Positions 48,795 through 62,760 are shown, counted from the first letter of the stretch. The stretch: DNA of 64,000 nucleotides from Gammaproteobacteria bacterium (GCA_965277715.1 OZ255836.1:2976001-3040000), one strand, 5' to 3'. Made by a program: numbers and translations. Notes: generated by a model not told the origin, from the sequence alone.

Positions 48795-49601
48795 TTGGGG
48801 GTTACCCGATGGGGCATAACGTTTGTTTTGCTACCCCTGCTGTGTTTATTGACCAATGACCTATTGGCGGGCAGTAAAAAACCGCTTATCAGTATCATCA
48901 TTGACGATCTTGGCCACAACCGCTCGCTGGCAGACGCTGCGCTGCAGTTACCTCACGCGGTCACACTGTCTATTTTGCCCTACGCCCCCTATTCGCGGGA
49001 AATCAGCCGACGCGCCAGACAACAGGGGCGCGAATACATGCTGCACCTGCCAATGCAGGGCCATGACGCCTCAGATCTAGAGCCGGGCATGCTCACTGTT
49101 TCGATGGAAGAAGAGGTATTTATCACATCACTCAACGCCAATCTAAACGCACTGACGGGTTATTCCGGGATAAACAACCACAAAGGCAGCGTCCTCACCG
49201 CTAACGCTGGCAAGGTGCATTTGTTATTGCAGACGCTGATGCAACGAGAACCACTTTTTCTTATCGACAGTAAAACCACATCCCGGTCAAAAATCCCCGC
49301 GCTCGTATCGCAGTACTCGCTACCATTTGCCAGCCGCAATGTCTTTCTCGACGTTGACAGACGCGTAGCTGCGATTGAAAAGCAGCTTGATCGGTTGCTG
49401 GACATCGCCCGCAAAACCGGATCAGCTATTGCAATTGGCCACCCCTACCCGAGCACCCTGGCAGTACTCAATCAATTTTTAACCGACCACCAAGAAGCGG
49501 CTTATCAGCTTGTACCAGTTAGCCACATAATCAAATGGCGACAGCACCTGACACCCGCAGAAAAAAAGCCACGGAGAATACCGCTGGCACTGTCAAATTA
49601 A
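48795..49601 (+). CDS. Divergent polysaccharide deacetylase (YibQ-like)
   Basis: IIIDDLG, LHLPM, GINNH.GS, DSKT, RNVFLD, AIAIGHP. Confidence 0.88.
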   Translation: MGVTRWGITFVLLPLLCLLTNDLLAGSKKPLISIIIDDLGHNRSLADAALQLPHAVTLSILPYAPYSREISRRARQQGREYMLHLPMQGHDASDLEPGMLTVSMEEEVFITSLNANLNALTGYSGINNHKGSVLTANAGKVHLLLQTLMQREPLFLIDSKTTSRSKIPALVSQYSLPFASRNVFLDVDRRVAAIEKQLDRLLDIARKTGSAIAIGHPYPSTLAVLNQFLTDHQEAAYQLVPVSHIIKWRQHLTPAEKKPRRIPLALSN

Positions 49602-49603
49602 GC

Positions 49604-51433
49604 TTACTCAACGGTTACCGACTTAGCCAGGTTACGCGGCTGATCGACATCGGTGCCTTTCAATATAGCGGCATGGTAAGCCAACAACTGTACAGGCACC
49701 GAATAGACAATCGGTGCGACCAATGGATCGACCTTTGGCATTTCCACTACCGCATGGGGGCGTGCCTGGCGGGACAGTTTTGCAATGCCTTGTTTGTCAG
49801 ACAACAAAATGACATTGCCCTTGCGGGCGATCATTTCCTGCACATTCGACGCCGTTTTATCAAACCAGGCATCACTAGGTGCAATCATTACAATCGGTAC
49901 CTTGTCTTCGATCAGTGCCAGTGGGCCGTGTTTCATTTCCCCGGCGGCATAACCCTCTGCATGAATGTAGGAAATTTCTTTCAGCTTTAAAGCACCTTCA
50001 AGCGCAATCGGGAAACTGGTGCCCCGCCCCATATAAAAGGCATCTTTCCACTCCTGAAATTCACCCGCCAATGCCTGTAGTTGTGACTCCTTGGCCAACA
50101 CTTCAGCTATCCGCCCCGGCACCTCGGTTAACGCTGAAGCATAGTGGGCCTCGCGTTCACGCGTGAGCCGCCCCTTGGCTTTAGCCAGAGCAATCGCCAG
50201 GCACGCGAGAACAGTAAGCTGGGTGGTAAAGGCTTTGGTCGAGGCGACACCGATCTCCGGGCCTGCCTGCGTCAGTAACACAGCATCGCTTTCACGTGCA
50301 ATCGTGCTCTCCGGTACATTCAGTATTGACAGCACTGACTGCCCTTTACGCTTCATCATGCGCAGCGCTTCCAATGTATCCATCGTCTCACCCGACTGAC
50401 TGATAACCAGCATCAAACCATTGTCGCTGACCGGTGGATCGCGGTAGCGCAGTTCTGAAGCGATATCGACCTCAACCGGGATACCTGCGAGTGATTCGAT
50501 CCAGTATTTTGCCACCATACCGGCATAACTGGCCGTGCCACACGCGGCAATGGTAATACGCGAAATCGATGCCAGCGCAACCGGTAATGCCGGCAGGGTA
50601 ATAGTCTGGCTGGCGGGGTTTAATACACTGGTTAATGTATCGCCAATTACAGTGGGCTGTTCGTGTATCTCCTTGTGCATAAAATGCCGGTGGTTACCCT
50701 TTCCAATCATCGCACCAGACACCACAGTTTGAATGATATCGCGCTCAACCGGGGTGCCATCGCTGGTCATTATCGACACACCATCGCGGGTCGCGACCGC
50801 CCAATCGCCCTCTTCCAGATAACTGAGTCGACGGGTTAGCGGCGCCAATGCCAATGCATCTGAACCAAAATACATTTCACCGTCGCCGTAGCCCAATGCC
50901 AATGGACTACCGCGCCGGGCCGCAATCATCAAATTGTCATAGCCACGAAAAATCATTACCAACGAAAAGGCACCCTCAAGTAACGGTAGGGTTTGACCCA
51001 CCGCCTGCTTAGGCGATAAGCCTTGTTCGAGGTAGCGATCAATCAGGTGGGCGACCACTTCGGTATCGGTCTCGCTGGTAAAGCTATCGGTATAATCAGC
51101 AAGATTCTCGCGCAATACCTGAAAGTTTTCGATGATGCCATTGTGTACAATCGCGACACGCGCTGAGATATGCGGGTGTGCATTATTTTCAGACGGGACA
51201 CCGTGCGTGGCCCAGCGTGTATGGCCAATACCGATGCTGCCTTGCAACGGATTATCTTCAAGCACCTTACCGAGGTTATTCAGCTTACCCGCCGCACGGC
51301 GACGTTCAATCCGATCATCGATCAGTGTTGCCAGGCCCGCCGAGTCATACCCTCGGTACTCCAACCGCTTCAGCCCATCAAAGATGATAGGCGCTGCCGT
51401 CTGGCTACCGATAATGCCAATAATGCCACACAT
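49604..51433 (-). CDS. glmS: Glutamine--fructose-6-phosphate transaminase
   Basis: MCGIIG, LEYRGYDSAG, GHTRWATHG, SQSGET, VASTKAF, DQPRNLAKSVTVE. Confidence 0.97.
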   Translation of the reverse strand: MCGIIGIIGSQTAAPIIFDGLKRLEYRGYDSAGLATLIDDRIERRRAAGKLNNLGKVLEDNPLQGSIGIGHTRWATHGVPSENNAHPHISARVAIVHNGIIENFQVLRENLADYTDSFTSETDTEVVAHLIDRYLEQGLSPKQAVGQTLPLLEGAFSLVMIFRGYDNLMIAARRGSPLALGYGDGEMYFGSDALALAPLTRRLSYLEEGDWAVATRDGVSIMTSDGTPVERDIIQTVVSGAMIGKGNHRHFMHKEIHEQPTVIGDTLTSVLNPASQTITLPALPVALASISRITIAACGTASYAGMVAKYWIESLAGIPVEVDIASELRYRDPPVSDNGLMLVISQSGETMDTLEALRMMKRKGQSVLSILNVPESTIARESDAVLLTQAGPEIGVASTKAFTTQLTVLACLAIALAKAKGRLTREREAHYASALTEVPGRIAEVLAKESQLQALAGEFQEWKDAFYMGRGTSFPIALEGALKLKEISYIHAEGYAAGEMKHGPLALIEDKVPIVMIAPSDAWFDKTASNVQEMIARKGNVILLSDKQGIAKLSRQARPHAVVEMPKVDPLVAPIVYSVPVQLLAYHAAILKGTDVDQPRNLAKSVTVE

Positions 51434-51441
51434 ATTTTTAC

Positions 51442-52806
51442 CTACTTTGTCTTTTTTGGGCGCTGCCAACCATTGATTTTCTTCAATGGTGCACGGGTTA
51501 ACACAAGCTGATTATCAGCGACATCACGGGTGATGGTTGCCCCCGCACCAACCGTTGAACCGTCACCCAATACAAGCGGGGCAACCAATACACTGTTTGA
51601 ACCAATCGATACATTGTCACCAACCTGTGTGCGGTGTTTATTAGCCCCATCGTAGTTGGCCGTAATAGTGCCCGCACCAATATTGACATGATCGCCTACA
51701 TCGCTATCACCGACATAACTCAGGTGGTTAACTTTGCTGCCGCGACCAATCTGGCTATTTTTTGTCTCGACAAAATTACCTATTTTGGCCTGCTCAGCCA
51801 ACACAGTCCCAGGCCGCACTCTGGCGAAAGGCCCGACAACACAACACGCACCAATCACAGCATCATCGATAACACAATGAGCCTCGATAACAACGTTGTC
51901 ATCAATTTGTGCATTGCTTATCACGCAATTTGGCCCAATGCGCACATTCTTTCCCAGTGTATTCTGGCCATTAAATACACAATTGACATCAATGACCGAA
52001 TCGAGACCAATACTAATCTCACCGCGTATATCAATACGTGACGGATCAGCAAGGGTAACACCCTGTGCCATTAACGCATTAGCGCGGGCGCACTGGTAAA
52101 AGCGTTCCATAGCGGCGAGCTGTCGACGGTCATTAATCCCACTCACTTCGTTGAAATCATCCATAGCAATCGACGCCATGCGTAAACCGGCACGGTAACC
52201 AAGCGCAATCACACTGGTGAGATAATATTCACCCTGCGCATTATCACAATCCAGCCGATTCAACAGCGCGCTGAGCTCGCCCGCTCTGGCAGCGATAATA
52301 CCGGTATTGATTTCTGCAATGGTTTGCTGTTGCGCAGTTGCATCTTTTTGCTCAACAATAGCTGTCATTCCGCCCTGTTTATTGCGAACAATACGTCCAT
52401 AACCTGTCGGATCATCCAGCATTGCCGTTAGCAGGCACAATGGCACCGTTTTTAGTGTGTCAACCAATGGGCGAAGTGTTTGTAAACGCACCAGCGGCAC
52501 GTCACCGTTGAGTATCAGTACACCCTCTTCAGCGGGAATATGCGGCATTACCTGCTGCACTGCGTGACCCGTGCCCTTTTGCTCTAATTGCTCAACCCAT
52601 ATTACCGATTCGTCCTGCAACTGTTGCCTGACCTGCTCAGCACCACTACCAATAACGACATAGATTTTGCCTGGGTTCAGTGACTTTGCCGTATCGACAA
52701 CGTGTTGTAACAAGGGCTTACCGCCCACAGGGTGCAACACTTTAGGTAAACTGGAACGCATCCGTGTACCTTTACCCGCAGCGAGAATAACGATATTGAG
52801 TGGCAT
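51442..52806 (-). CDS. glmU: Bifunctional UDP-GlcNAc pyrophosphorylase/glucosamine-1-P acetyltransferase
   Basis: ILAAGKGTRM.S.LPKVLH, NAQGEYYLT, hexapeptide repeats, NYDGANK. Confidence 0.97.
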   Translation of the reverse strand: MPLNIVILAAGKGTRMRSSLPKVLHPVGGKPLLQHVVDTAKSLNPGKIYVVIGSGAEQVRQQLQDESVIWVEQLEQKGTGHAVQQVMPHIPAEEGVLILNGDVPLVRLQTLRPLVDTLKTVPLCLLTAMLDDPTGYGRIVRNKQGGMTAIVEQKDATAQQQTIAEINTGIIAARAGELSALLNRLDCDNAQGEYYLTSVIALGYRAGLRMASIAMDDFNEVSGINDRRQLAAMERFYQCARANALMAQGVTLADPSRIDIRGEISIGLDSVIDVNCVFNGQNTLGKNVRIGPNCVISNAQIDDNVVIEAHCVIDDAVIGACCVVGPFARVRPGTVLAEQAKIGNFVETKNSQIGRGSKVNHLSYVGDSDVGDHVNIGAGTITANYDGANKHRTQVGDNVSIGSNSVLVAPLVLGDGSTVGAGATITRDVADNQLVLTRAPLKKINGWQRPKKTK

Positions 52807-52950
52807 TAATCAGTAACCCGGCTACACAGATTTAAAAGAAAAACACCCATACATCGCGAGTGAAATCCTCTTAAATAAAAAAATATAACTAATTGGTATT
52901 ATTAAATATTCTCACTTTTGTGATTATAGACGGCGTGTCGGGCTCTCTAC

Positions 52951-52978
52951 GCAAAAGGGGCCAAATGGCCCCTTTTGC
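52951..52978 (-). terminator. Intrinsic terminator after the atp operon
   Basis: GCAAAAGGGGCCA-AA-TGGCCCCTTTTGC perfect hairpin with A/T runs. Confidence 0.8.
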
Positions 52979-53013
52979 AAATAACAATTAGCAACACAGG
53001 ACAGTAACCGTCG

Positions 53014-53427
53014 TTATTTTTTCATCCGCCTCAACATTTGTAGCTGGGCAATCGCTTCCACCAACTCGGCCTGCGCTTTGGCATAATCCATCGATTCCTG
53101 TTTATCAGCCAGTGCCTGCTCGGCACGCTCTTTAGCTTTTAAGGCCTCCGCTTCATCGAGATCGGCAGCGCGGATAGCCGTATCGGCCAGCACCGTCAAT
53201 TCTTTCGGCTGCACTTCCAACATACCACCCGATACAAAGATATGCTGTTCGTCCTGCCCCTCAGACTGTACGCGCACTTCACCTGGTTTGAGCGCGGTAA
53301 TGAGTGGTGCGTGACCAGCCGCCACACCCACTTCACCCATTTGTGCCGGAGCAATCACCATTTCGGCACTGCCAGAAAAGATCTCACCCTCTGCACTCAC
53401 AATATTAACCTGCATGGACATCGCCAT
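53014..53427 (-). CDS. atpC: ATP synthase epsilon subunit
   Basis: IVSAEG.IFSG, GEVG...GHAPL, VSGGMLEVQP; operon order. Confidence 0.96.
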   Translation of the reverse strand: MAMSMQVNIVSAEGEIFSGSAEMVIAPAQMGEVGVAAGHAPLITALKPGEVRVQSEGQDEQHIFVSGGMLEVQPKELTVLADTAIRAADLDEAEALKAKERAEQALADKQESMDYAKAQAELVEAIAQLQMLRRMKK

Positions 53428-53453
53428 AATCAGTACCCTTGTAAGCTTCTCAA

Positions 53454-54848
<1,395 letters not shown>

Positions 54849-54859
54849 TCAGAATTTAG

Positions 54860-55723
54860 TTATACAGCAGCAGCACCGGCGACGATTTCAGATATTTCCT
54901 GCGTAATCGCGGCCTGTCGTGCCTTGTTATAAATCAAGCGCAGCTCACCAATCAGCTCGCCCGCGTTGTCGGTGGCGCTTTTCATCGCCACCATACGCGC
55001 AGCCATTTCACAGGCGATATTTTCAACCACACCCTGGTAAACCAATGACTCAATGTAACGCATTAACAATGCATCGAGCACTTGCTCGGCGTCTGGTTCG
55101 TAAATGTAATCCCAGTAATGTTTCATTTCAGGATTTTCATCGGCCACCAACGGCAACAAAGTGGTGACTGTCGGGCTTTGTGTCATGGTATTAACAAAGC
55201 TGTTTTCGACCATATACAGGCGATCAATCCGATCCTCTGTATAAGCATCTAACATGACTTTAACCGTACCAACCAATTCTTCGAGACGCGGTGCATCACC
55301 AAGGCTGGATACCTCGGCAACAATGTTACCGCCAAAGCGTTTAAAGAAACCGCCTGCCTTTTTACCAATCGTCACTACATCGATTTCAACTTGTTTATCG
55401 TTGTACTCGCGCATCGCGGCAATCGCCGCCTTAAACAAGTTGATATTTAAACCACCACACAGACCCCGATCTGTTGAGATGATGATAAAACCGACCCGTT
55501 TTACGTCTTCGCGCTCTTGCAGAAACGCGTGTTTATACTCAGAGTGCGCGTTCGCCAAGTGACCGATCACACTGCGCATTTTCGCCGCGTACGGGCGCGT
55601 TGCCTGCATGCGGTTCTGTGCCTTGCGCATTTTACTGGCGGCGACCATTTCCATCGCCTTGGTGATCTTCTTGGTGTTCTCGACACTCTTGATCTTGGTG
55701 AGAATTTCTCTACCGACTGCCAT
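54860..55723 (-). CDS. atpG: ATP synthase gamma subunit
   Basis: [31 protein letters not shown]. Confidence 0.98.
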   Translation of the reverse strand: MAVGREILTKIKSVENTKKITKAMEMVAASKMRKAQNRMQATRPYAAKMRSVIGHLANAHSEYKHAFLQEREDVKRVGFIIISTDRGLCGGLNINLFKAAIAAMREYNDKQVEIDVVTIGKKAGGFFKRFGGNIVAEVSSLGDAPRLEELVGTVKVMLDAYTEDRIDRLYMVENSFVNTMTQSPTVTTLLPLVADENPEMKHYWDYIYEPDAEQVLDALLMRYIESLVYQGVVENIACEMAARMVAMKSATDNAGELIGELRLIYNKARQAAITQEISEIVAGAAAV

Positions 55724-55735
55724 CAGGGTACTCCG

Positions 55736-57277
55736 CTACCAGACACCATTGGCTTTAAAATCATCAAGCGCAGATTTAAGCTGGCCACTGAGGTCATCGT
55801 TATAGTCACCCGTATCGTCAATTGTATCGAGCAGTGACTGAAATTTAGAACGTATATGGGCGTGCAGTGCCGCTTCAAATGCCACAATTTTGTTGGCATC
55901 GACATCATCGAGATAGCCTTCATTCGCCGCGTACAACGACACCGCCATTTCACCAATGCTCAGTGGGCTGTACTGCGCTTGTTTCATCAGCTCTGTAACA
56001 CGTTGTCCACGTTCGATTTGTTTACGGGTCTGTTCATCAAGGTCAGAGGCGAACTGCGCAAAGGCAGCGAGTTCGCGGTACTGCGCCAATGCCAAACGCA
56101 CACCACCACCAAGCTTTTTAATCACCTTGGTTTGTGCCGCACCACCAACGCGTGAAACCGATAAACCAGCGTTGATAGCAGGTCGAATACCCGCATTAAA
56201 TAAGTCGGTTTCCAGGAAGATTTGTCCGTCCGTGATCGAAATAACGTTAGTCGGTACGAAGGCCGATACGTCGCCCGCCTGAGTTTCGATCACCGGTAGC
56301 GCGGTGAGTGAGCCGGTTTTACCTTTTACTTCACCGTTGGTGAGTTGCTCAACGTAGGCTGCATTGATGCGCGAAGCCCGTTCCAACAGACGTGAATGCA
56401 AGTAGAAGACATCACCCGGATACGCCTCGCGACCCGGTGGTCGACGCAGTAACAGAGACACCTGCCGATACGCCCAGGCCTGTTTAGTCAGATCGTCATA
56501 GATAATCAGCGCATCTTCACCACGATCACGGAAGTACTCACCCATTGAGCAACCCGAGTAAGGTGCAATATATTGCAGGGCCGCCGATTCTGAGGCACTG
56601 GCCGCAACGACAATCGTATGCTCCATCGCGCCGTGCTCTTCCAGCTTGCGTACCACGTTGGCAATCGAAGACTGTTTTTGACCAATAGCCACGTAGATAC
56701 ATTTAATACCCGTGCCTTTTTGGTTGATGATTGCATCAATGGCAACAGCCGTTTTACCTGTTTGGCGGTCACCGATAATCAGCTCGCGTTGGCCACGACC
56801 AATTGGCACCATTGCATCGATGGATTTAAGGCCCGTTTGTACCGGTTGATCAACCGATTGGCGTTCGATAACACCCGGCGCCACTTTTTCGATAGGCGAT
56901 GTTAAAGCGCTGTCAATTGCGCCTTTACCATCGATTGGATTACCGAGCGAATCAACTACACGACCAAGTAGCTGTTCACCTACTGGCACTTCGAGAATGC
57001 GGCCAGTACACCGTGCTTTATCACCTTCTGACAAGTGCGTATAACTACCGAGTACTACCGCACCAACTGAGTCACGCTCAAGGTTTAACGCCAATCCGTA
57101 AGTGTCTCCATCGAATTCAATCATTTCGCCCTGCATCACGTCTGCCAGACCGTGAATACGTGCGATACCGTCATTCAGGCTGACGATAGTACCTTCAGTG
57201 CGCGCCTCTGCGACGGCTTCAAAATCACCAATCCGCTGCTTGATAAGCTCGCTGATTTCAGATGGGTTGAGTTGCAT
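55736..57277 (-). CDS. atpA: ATP synthase alpha subunit
   Basis: [29 protein letters not shown]. Confidence 0.99.
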   Translation of the reverse strand: MQLNPSEISELIKQRIGDFEAVAEARTEGTIVSLNDGIARIHGLADVMQGEMIEFDGDTYGLALNLERDSVGAVVLGSYTHLSEGDKARCTGRILEVPVGEQLLGRVVDSLGNPIDGKGAIDSALTSPIEKVAPGVIERQSVDQPVQTGLKSIDAMVPIGRGQRELIIGDRQTGKTAVAIDAIINQKGTGIKCIYVAIGQKQSSIANVVRKLEEHGAMEHTIVVAASASESAALQYIAPYSGCSMGEYFRDRGEDALIIYDDLTKQAWAYRQVSLLLRRPPGREAYPGDVFYLHSRLLERASRINAAYVEQLTNGEVKGKTGSLTALPVIETQAGDVSAFVPTNVISITDGQIFLETDLFNAGIRPAINAGLSVSRVGGAAQTKVIKKLGGGVRLALAQYRELAAFAQFASDLDEQTRKQIERGQRVTELMKQAQYSPLSIGEMAVSLYAANEGYLDDVDANKIVAFEAALHAHIRSKFQSLLDTIDDTGDYNDDLSGQLKSALDDFKANGVW

Positions 57278-57392
57278 GTTGTATTCCTCTAATTCGTATC
57301 CGGTGGGCCGTATCGTTAACGGCTTTGCTATTGAGCACCTGGTTAATTAACCTACGTTTTGATGAACCCTACGTTGTAGACCCCTAAATTAA

Positions 57393-57929
57393 TTAGGCTC
57401 CTAACTGATAGGCGAGCTTATCAAGGCGTCCGCGCACCGACCCATCGATCACCATGTCGCCTGCACGCACCACGGCGCCACCGAGCAGTGACGCATCGAT
57501 TTCACAATGCAGATTTACCTGGCCACCCAGTCGTTTGCTCAACGCAGCAATAATCATCGCCTGCTGTTGATCGTCTAATGCCTGCGCCGAAACCACCGTT
57601 GCCTCGGTTACCTCTTCGGCCTGTGCACGATAAATCTCGTACAGTGCAGCGATATCAACCAACAGCGGTAAACGGGCATTATCGGCGATCACCTGTAAAA
57701 AATTACAGGCAGCCTGATTAATGTGTTCGCCACATACTGAGATAATCATTTGCGCACGGCGGCTGTTACTTAACCCGGGCGCCTGCAATGCCGTATACAT
57801 TTGACTGTCGCTGGCAACGCTGGCGATCAGCGCAAGCTGCTCAGACCATAAGGCATAGTCGCCCGCATCACGCGCCAATTCAAAAACGGCTTTGGCGTAA
57901 GGGCGCGCTGCTGTAGTGAAATCTGACAT
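57393..57929 (-). CDS. atpH: ATP synthase delta subunit
   Basis: ARPYAKA, LLGG.VVRAGD.VIDGS. Confidence 0.96.
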   Translation of the reverse strand: MSDFTTAARPYAKAVFELARDAGDYALWSEQLALIASVASDSQMYTALQAPGLSNSRRAQMIISVCGEHINQAACNFLQVIADNARLPLLVDIAALYEIYRAQAEEVTEATVVSAQALDDQQQAMIIAALSKRLGGQVNLHCEIDASLLGGAVVRAGDMVIDGSVRGRLDKLAYQLGA

Positions 57930-58003
57930 TCGCTTTTACATCCGCTCTACTTGGTGCGCTTTTTGATAGGGTTGTCGCGTTGAAATAGACACAGTGCTGA
58001 TCA

Positions 58004-58474
58004 CTATATTTGCGCGACAAGTTCGTCGAGCACTTTAGCGTGCGCACTTGCATCGATTTCGCTGTGCAGAATTTTGCTGGCACCCATAACAGCGAGCCCC
58101 GCAACCTGCGTGCGTAGCGTCTCTTTAGCGCGAATCACTTCCTGATCGATATCTGCCTGGGCTGCCGCTTTGATTTGAGCGCCCTTTTCATTGGCAGACT
58201 GCGTCGCTTCGTCGACAATTTCATTGCCACGCTTTTGTGCCTGGGCGATTATTTCAGCCGCCCTTGCTTTGGCATCATCCAGCATTACCTGCGCGTCAGC
58301 CTTTGCCACTTCCTGGGCTTTTTCACCCTTTTCTGCGGCGGCCAGACCGTCGGCAATTGTTTTTTTCCGCTCGTTAAGGGCAGCGATCAGCGGTGGCCAT
58401 ACATATTGCATGACAAACCAGACAAACAAAAAGAATGCGATCGATTGCCCAATGAGGGTTGCATTAATGTTCAT
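58004..58474 (-). CDS. atpF: ATP synthase F0 subunit b
   Basis: MNINATLIGQ..FVWF.M.YVWPP. Confidence 0.97.
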   Translation of the reverse strand: MNINATLIGQSIAFFLFVWFVMQYVWPPLIAALNERKKTIADGLAAAEKGEKAQEVAKADAQVMLDDAKARAAEIIAQAQKRGNEIVDEATQSANEKGAQIKAAAQADIDQEVIRAKETLRTQVAGLAVMGASKILHSEIDASAHAKVLDELVAQI

Positions 58475-58532
58475 GCGATAACCTCGTTAAAGTGAGTTAA
58501 GCCCATAGTTAGGTTGTATTGATAAACCTGGA

Positions 58533-58805
<273 letters not shown>

Positions 58806-58861
58806 TTAATTCGATGAACCGATCACCTGTAACTAACACATTACAGGTCAACGGTCCGGTT

Positions 58862-59746
<885 letters not shown>

Positions 59747-60127
59747 CTAATTGTCACTGGAACCGATATCGAATAATGGTACTGCCCAGGCAACCGCCTG
59801 CACAACAATAAACCCACCAAACATGGCCAGCGCATTCAGTGGCGACACCAGTCGCAATACGACGATGAACAGCGCCACTGTCACTATAAATTTACCTGCT
59901 GCACCGCTATAAAAAGCGAGCAGTGTCGATTGCGCAGAACGTCCTTTCGACACATTAAAAACACGCAGCGCGAGGTAGGTATTGGGTAAAAAACAACATA
60001 CCGCCCCAAGCAACGCCGAATAAGCCGCCTGCACATTCCAAATCAGCAGGAGACAGGCAACGACAAAACCTACGAAACACTGTGCCAGTAATAATCGTTT
60101 AACACCCGGCGCTATGCAGTGCCACAT
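59747..60127 (-). CDS. atpI: ATP synthase protein I
   Basis: Small four-TM ORF (SALLG...PN, FY...GKF) at the head of the atp operon. Confidence 0.85.
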   Translation of the reverse strand: MWHCIAPGVKRLLLAQCFVGFVVACLLLIWNVQAAYSALLGAVCCFLPNTYLALRVFNVSKGRSAQSTLLAFYSGAAGKFIVTVALFIVVLRLVSPLNALAMFGGFIVVQAVAWAVPLFDIGSSDN

Positions 60128-60335
60128 AAGTCAACCACCTGCCACAACGGGTTACCAGCAACCGCGCCTCATCACTGATTAAAAACAGCTTTAGTCTATA
60201 AGCACGGCCCGATTACGCAACGCCAAACAGCCCTGTTTTCAGCGAACGCGGAGTATAAAGACCGTCCCGGCGATGGTCAAGGCCAGGTTAAGCACAAACT
60301 GAGAATATCTCACTACCACACTACCTATAGCGTTA

Positions 60336-61208
60336 TCAGCGAATATGCCCCAAAATCCCCTCCAACTCATCCAGGCTGTTATAACTGATTTCAACGCGCC
60401 CCCTACCATTACCACCGTGTGCAATAGCAACTTTAGCACCCAACTGATCACTCAAACGCTGTTCCAGACTGCGAATATCGGGATCGTCGTTGCCCGCTTT
60501 ATCGACACGTTTGTCAGTGGCGTTGGATGCATCCAGCATTTTCCGAACCAGTGCCTCAGTACGCCGCACGGATAATGACTGCGAAACCACTTTCAACGCC
60601 GCTATCGGTTGCTGATCTGCACTGAGTGACAGCATCGCACGCGCATGCCCCATCTCCACTTTGCCATCGTGCAACAAGGTTTTTACGTCCTCATGCAGAT
60701 CGTGTAGGCGCAGTAAATTGCTCACCGCCGCACGTGAACGCCCCACCGCCTCGGCAATCTGCTGATGCGTCATGGAAAAATCGGCCTGTAAACGCAATAG
60801 CGCACCAGCCTCTTCCAACGGGTTGAGATCTTCACGCTGAATGTTTTCGATCAACGCCACCGCAGCGACCGCCGTATTATCGAGCTCGCGAACAATCACC
60901 GGCACTTCAAACAGCCCTGCCAACTGAGCCGCACGCCAGCGCCGCTCCCCGGCGATTAACTCATGCCCATCCGCCACCGGACGCACAACCAATGGCTGAA
61001 TAATACCCTGCACTGAAATCGAATCAGCCAGCTCCTGCAACGCCTCTGGCTCAAAGGTTTTTCGCGGTTGATACTCGCCACGCCTGATCTGCTCGACCGG
61101 CATCATACGCATCGATTCGCGGCGTTCATCCTCGGTAACGCGGGTAATACTGTCGACATCGCCGAGCAACGCACCCAACCCCCGTCCAAGCCCCCGTTTT
61201 TTCATCAT
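60336..61208 (-). CDS. parB: Chromosome partitioning protein ParB
   Basis: KRGLGRGL, YQPR, IAGERRWRAA, ALIENIQREDLN, HTH. Confidence 0.96.
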   Translation of the reverse strand: MMKKRGLGRGLGALLGDVDSITRVTEDERRESMRMMPVEQIRRGEYQPRKTFEPEALQELADSISVQGIIQPLVVRPVADGHELIAGERRWRAAQLAGLFEVPVIVRELDNTAVAAVALIENIQREDLNPLEEAGALLRLQADFSMTHQQIAEAVGRSRAAVSNLLRLHDLHEDVKTLLHDGKVEMGHARAMLSLSADQQPIAALKVVSQSLSVRRTEALVRKMLDASNATDKRVDKAGNDDPDIRSLEQRLSDQLGAKVAIAHGGNGRGRVEISYNSLDELEGILGHIR

Positions 61209-61999
61209 AATGCCTCCACTAGCTGCGCGCTGTGATTACTGTCGCGACGTAGAATTTCGCCCGCCAGGGCCAGATAAGCGAGCGCACCACTCGAGGTTTT
61301 ATCGTGCTGTAGCGCGGGCTTACCATAGCTGGGCGCCTCGGCAAGCCTGATATTGCGCGGGATAATTGTGCGGTAAACACGCTCGCCAAAGTGGCTGGTG
61401 AGCTGCTCAGAAACATCGTTGCCCAGGTTATTGCGCGAATCGAACATCGTGCGCAACAAACCTTCGATTTTCAAACGACTGTTGACGGTATGGCGCACAT
61501 CATCAATCGTCTGAATGAGTGAGGATAAACCCTCCAGTGCATAGTATTCACACTGCATGGGAATCATCACCCCGTCGGCCGCAACCAGTGCATTCAAGGT
61601 GAGAATATTCAGGGAAGGGGGACAATCAATTAAAATGTACTCGTAAGTGCGGAGCAACGGTTTAAGCGCATTGGCCAACCGCTGCTCGCGGCCCAATTTA
61701 GTCATCAACTCGACTTCTGCAGCCGTCAAATTGGCATTACCAGGCAATACATGAACAGCGCTGTACTCGACGGTAACAATGGCCTCCTGCGCACTGCACC
61801 CTCCCATCAATACATCGTAAACCGACTTTTCCAGGTTTTGTTTATCGACACCACTCCCCATGGTCGCATTGCCCTGCGGATCGAGGTCGATCAGCAATAC
61901 CGCACGCTTGGTAGCCGCCAACGACGCCGCCAGATTAACGCAGGTGGTGGTTTTACCGACACCACCCTTTTGATTTGCGATTGCGATCACTTTTGTCAT
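61205..61999 (-). CDS. parA: Chromosome partitioning ATPase ParA/Soj
   Basis: NQKGGVGKTT, DLDPQGN, DCPPSL, QCEYYALEG, IPRNIRLAEAPS. Confidence 0.96.
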   Translation of the reverse strand: MTKVIAIANQKGGVGKTTTCVNLAASLAATKRAVLLIDLDPQGNATMGSGVDKQNLEKSVYDVLMGGCSAQEAIVTVEYSAVHVLPGNANLTAAEVELMTKLGREQRLANALKPLLRTYEYILIDCPPSLNILTLNALVAADGVMIPMQCEYYALEGLSSLIQTIDDVRHTVNSRLKIEGLLRTMFDSRNNLGNDVSEQLTSHFGERVYRTIIPRNIRLAEAPSYGKPALQHDKTSSGALAYLALAGEILRRDSNHSAQLVEAL

Positions 62000-62052
62000 T
62001 ATGTTTTAAAATCCGCTGTTTTTTATAGCGCCGACCCCGGACAACCTACCCC

Positions 62053-62760
62053 CTATAGAGAGATAGGTACCCGTGGACACACTCTGGCAATATGCCGCGC
62101 ACCAATACCCGCAACCTCACCCAAGGTATTACCTGGAATACACACGGGATCAAGCGCCAGAACCCGCCTCTCAAGCTGATCTGTCTCTGTAGCATTCGGC
62201 ACTTTGCCCAGCATAGCGACAATTTCTCCATCCGGGTCACATAGGTGATTACACTGTGTAACAAAGGCACTCAAAGAGGCAAACGCACGAGAAGTGACCG
62301 TGGTATAGGTATCCGGTGGTTGGAACGACTCGACCCGGTGATGCACCACTGTAACATTTTCCAACCGCAGTTGGGCTCTGACGTGGGTGAGAAAGCGGGT
62401 CTTCTTATTGTTGCTATCGAGCAGTGTCACCGCTACATCAGGCCTGGCAATCGCCACGGGGATCCCCGGCAAACCAGCGCCACTGCCCACATCAAGCAAA
62501 CGATTGCCAATCAGATAAGGCAATAGGCTCAAACTGTCGAGCAGGTGCCTGGCAACCATATCCAGTGGATCGCGGATTGCCGTCAGATTATAAACACTAT
62601 TCCATTTAACCAGGGTATCGAGATAATGCAGCAGGCCACTGCACTGCTCACCCGACAACGCGAGCTGCATAGCATCAATACCTTTGGTCAGCGCCAGGCG
62701 CCTGTCGGGTTTAGACGCTCGAAGCGAAGAAAAGGCTGGTTTGAGTTCTTTTTTGTGCAC
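62053..62760 (-). CDS. rsmG: 16S rRNA m7G527 methyltransferase (start uncertain)
   Basis: KWN..YNLTAIR, HLLDSL, DVGSGAGLPG, SRAF. Confidence 0.93.
   Translation of the reverse strand: MHKKELKPAFSSLRASKPDRRLALTKGIDAMQLALSGEQCSGLLHYLDTLVKWNSVYNLTAIRDPLDMVARHLLDSLSLLPYLIGNRLLDVGSGAGLPGIPVAIARPDVAVTLLDSNNKKTRFLTHVRAQLRLENVTVVHHRVESFQPPDTYTTVTSRAFASLSAFVTQCNHLCDPDGEIVAMLGKVPNATETDQLERRVLALDPVCIPGNTLGEVAGIGARHIARVCPRVPISL

Noticed and set aside
49595-49660. attTn7 site downstream of glmS as a possible Tn7 insertion
   Set aside because: The convergent deacetylase gene ends 2 bp from the glmS stop; no Tn7 ends or tns genes are present.
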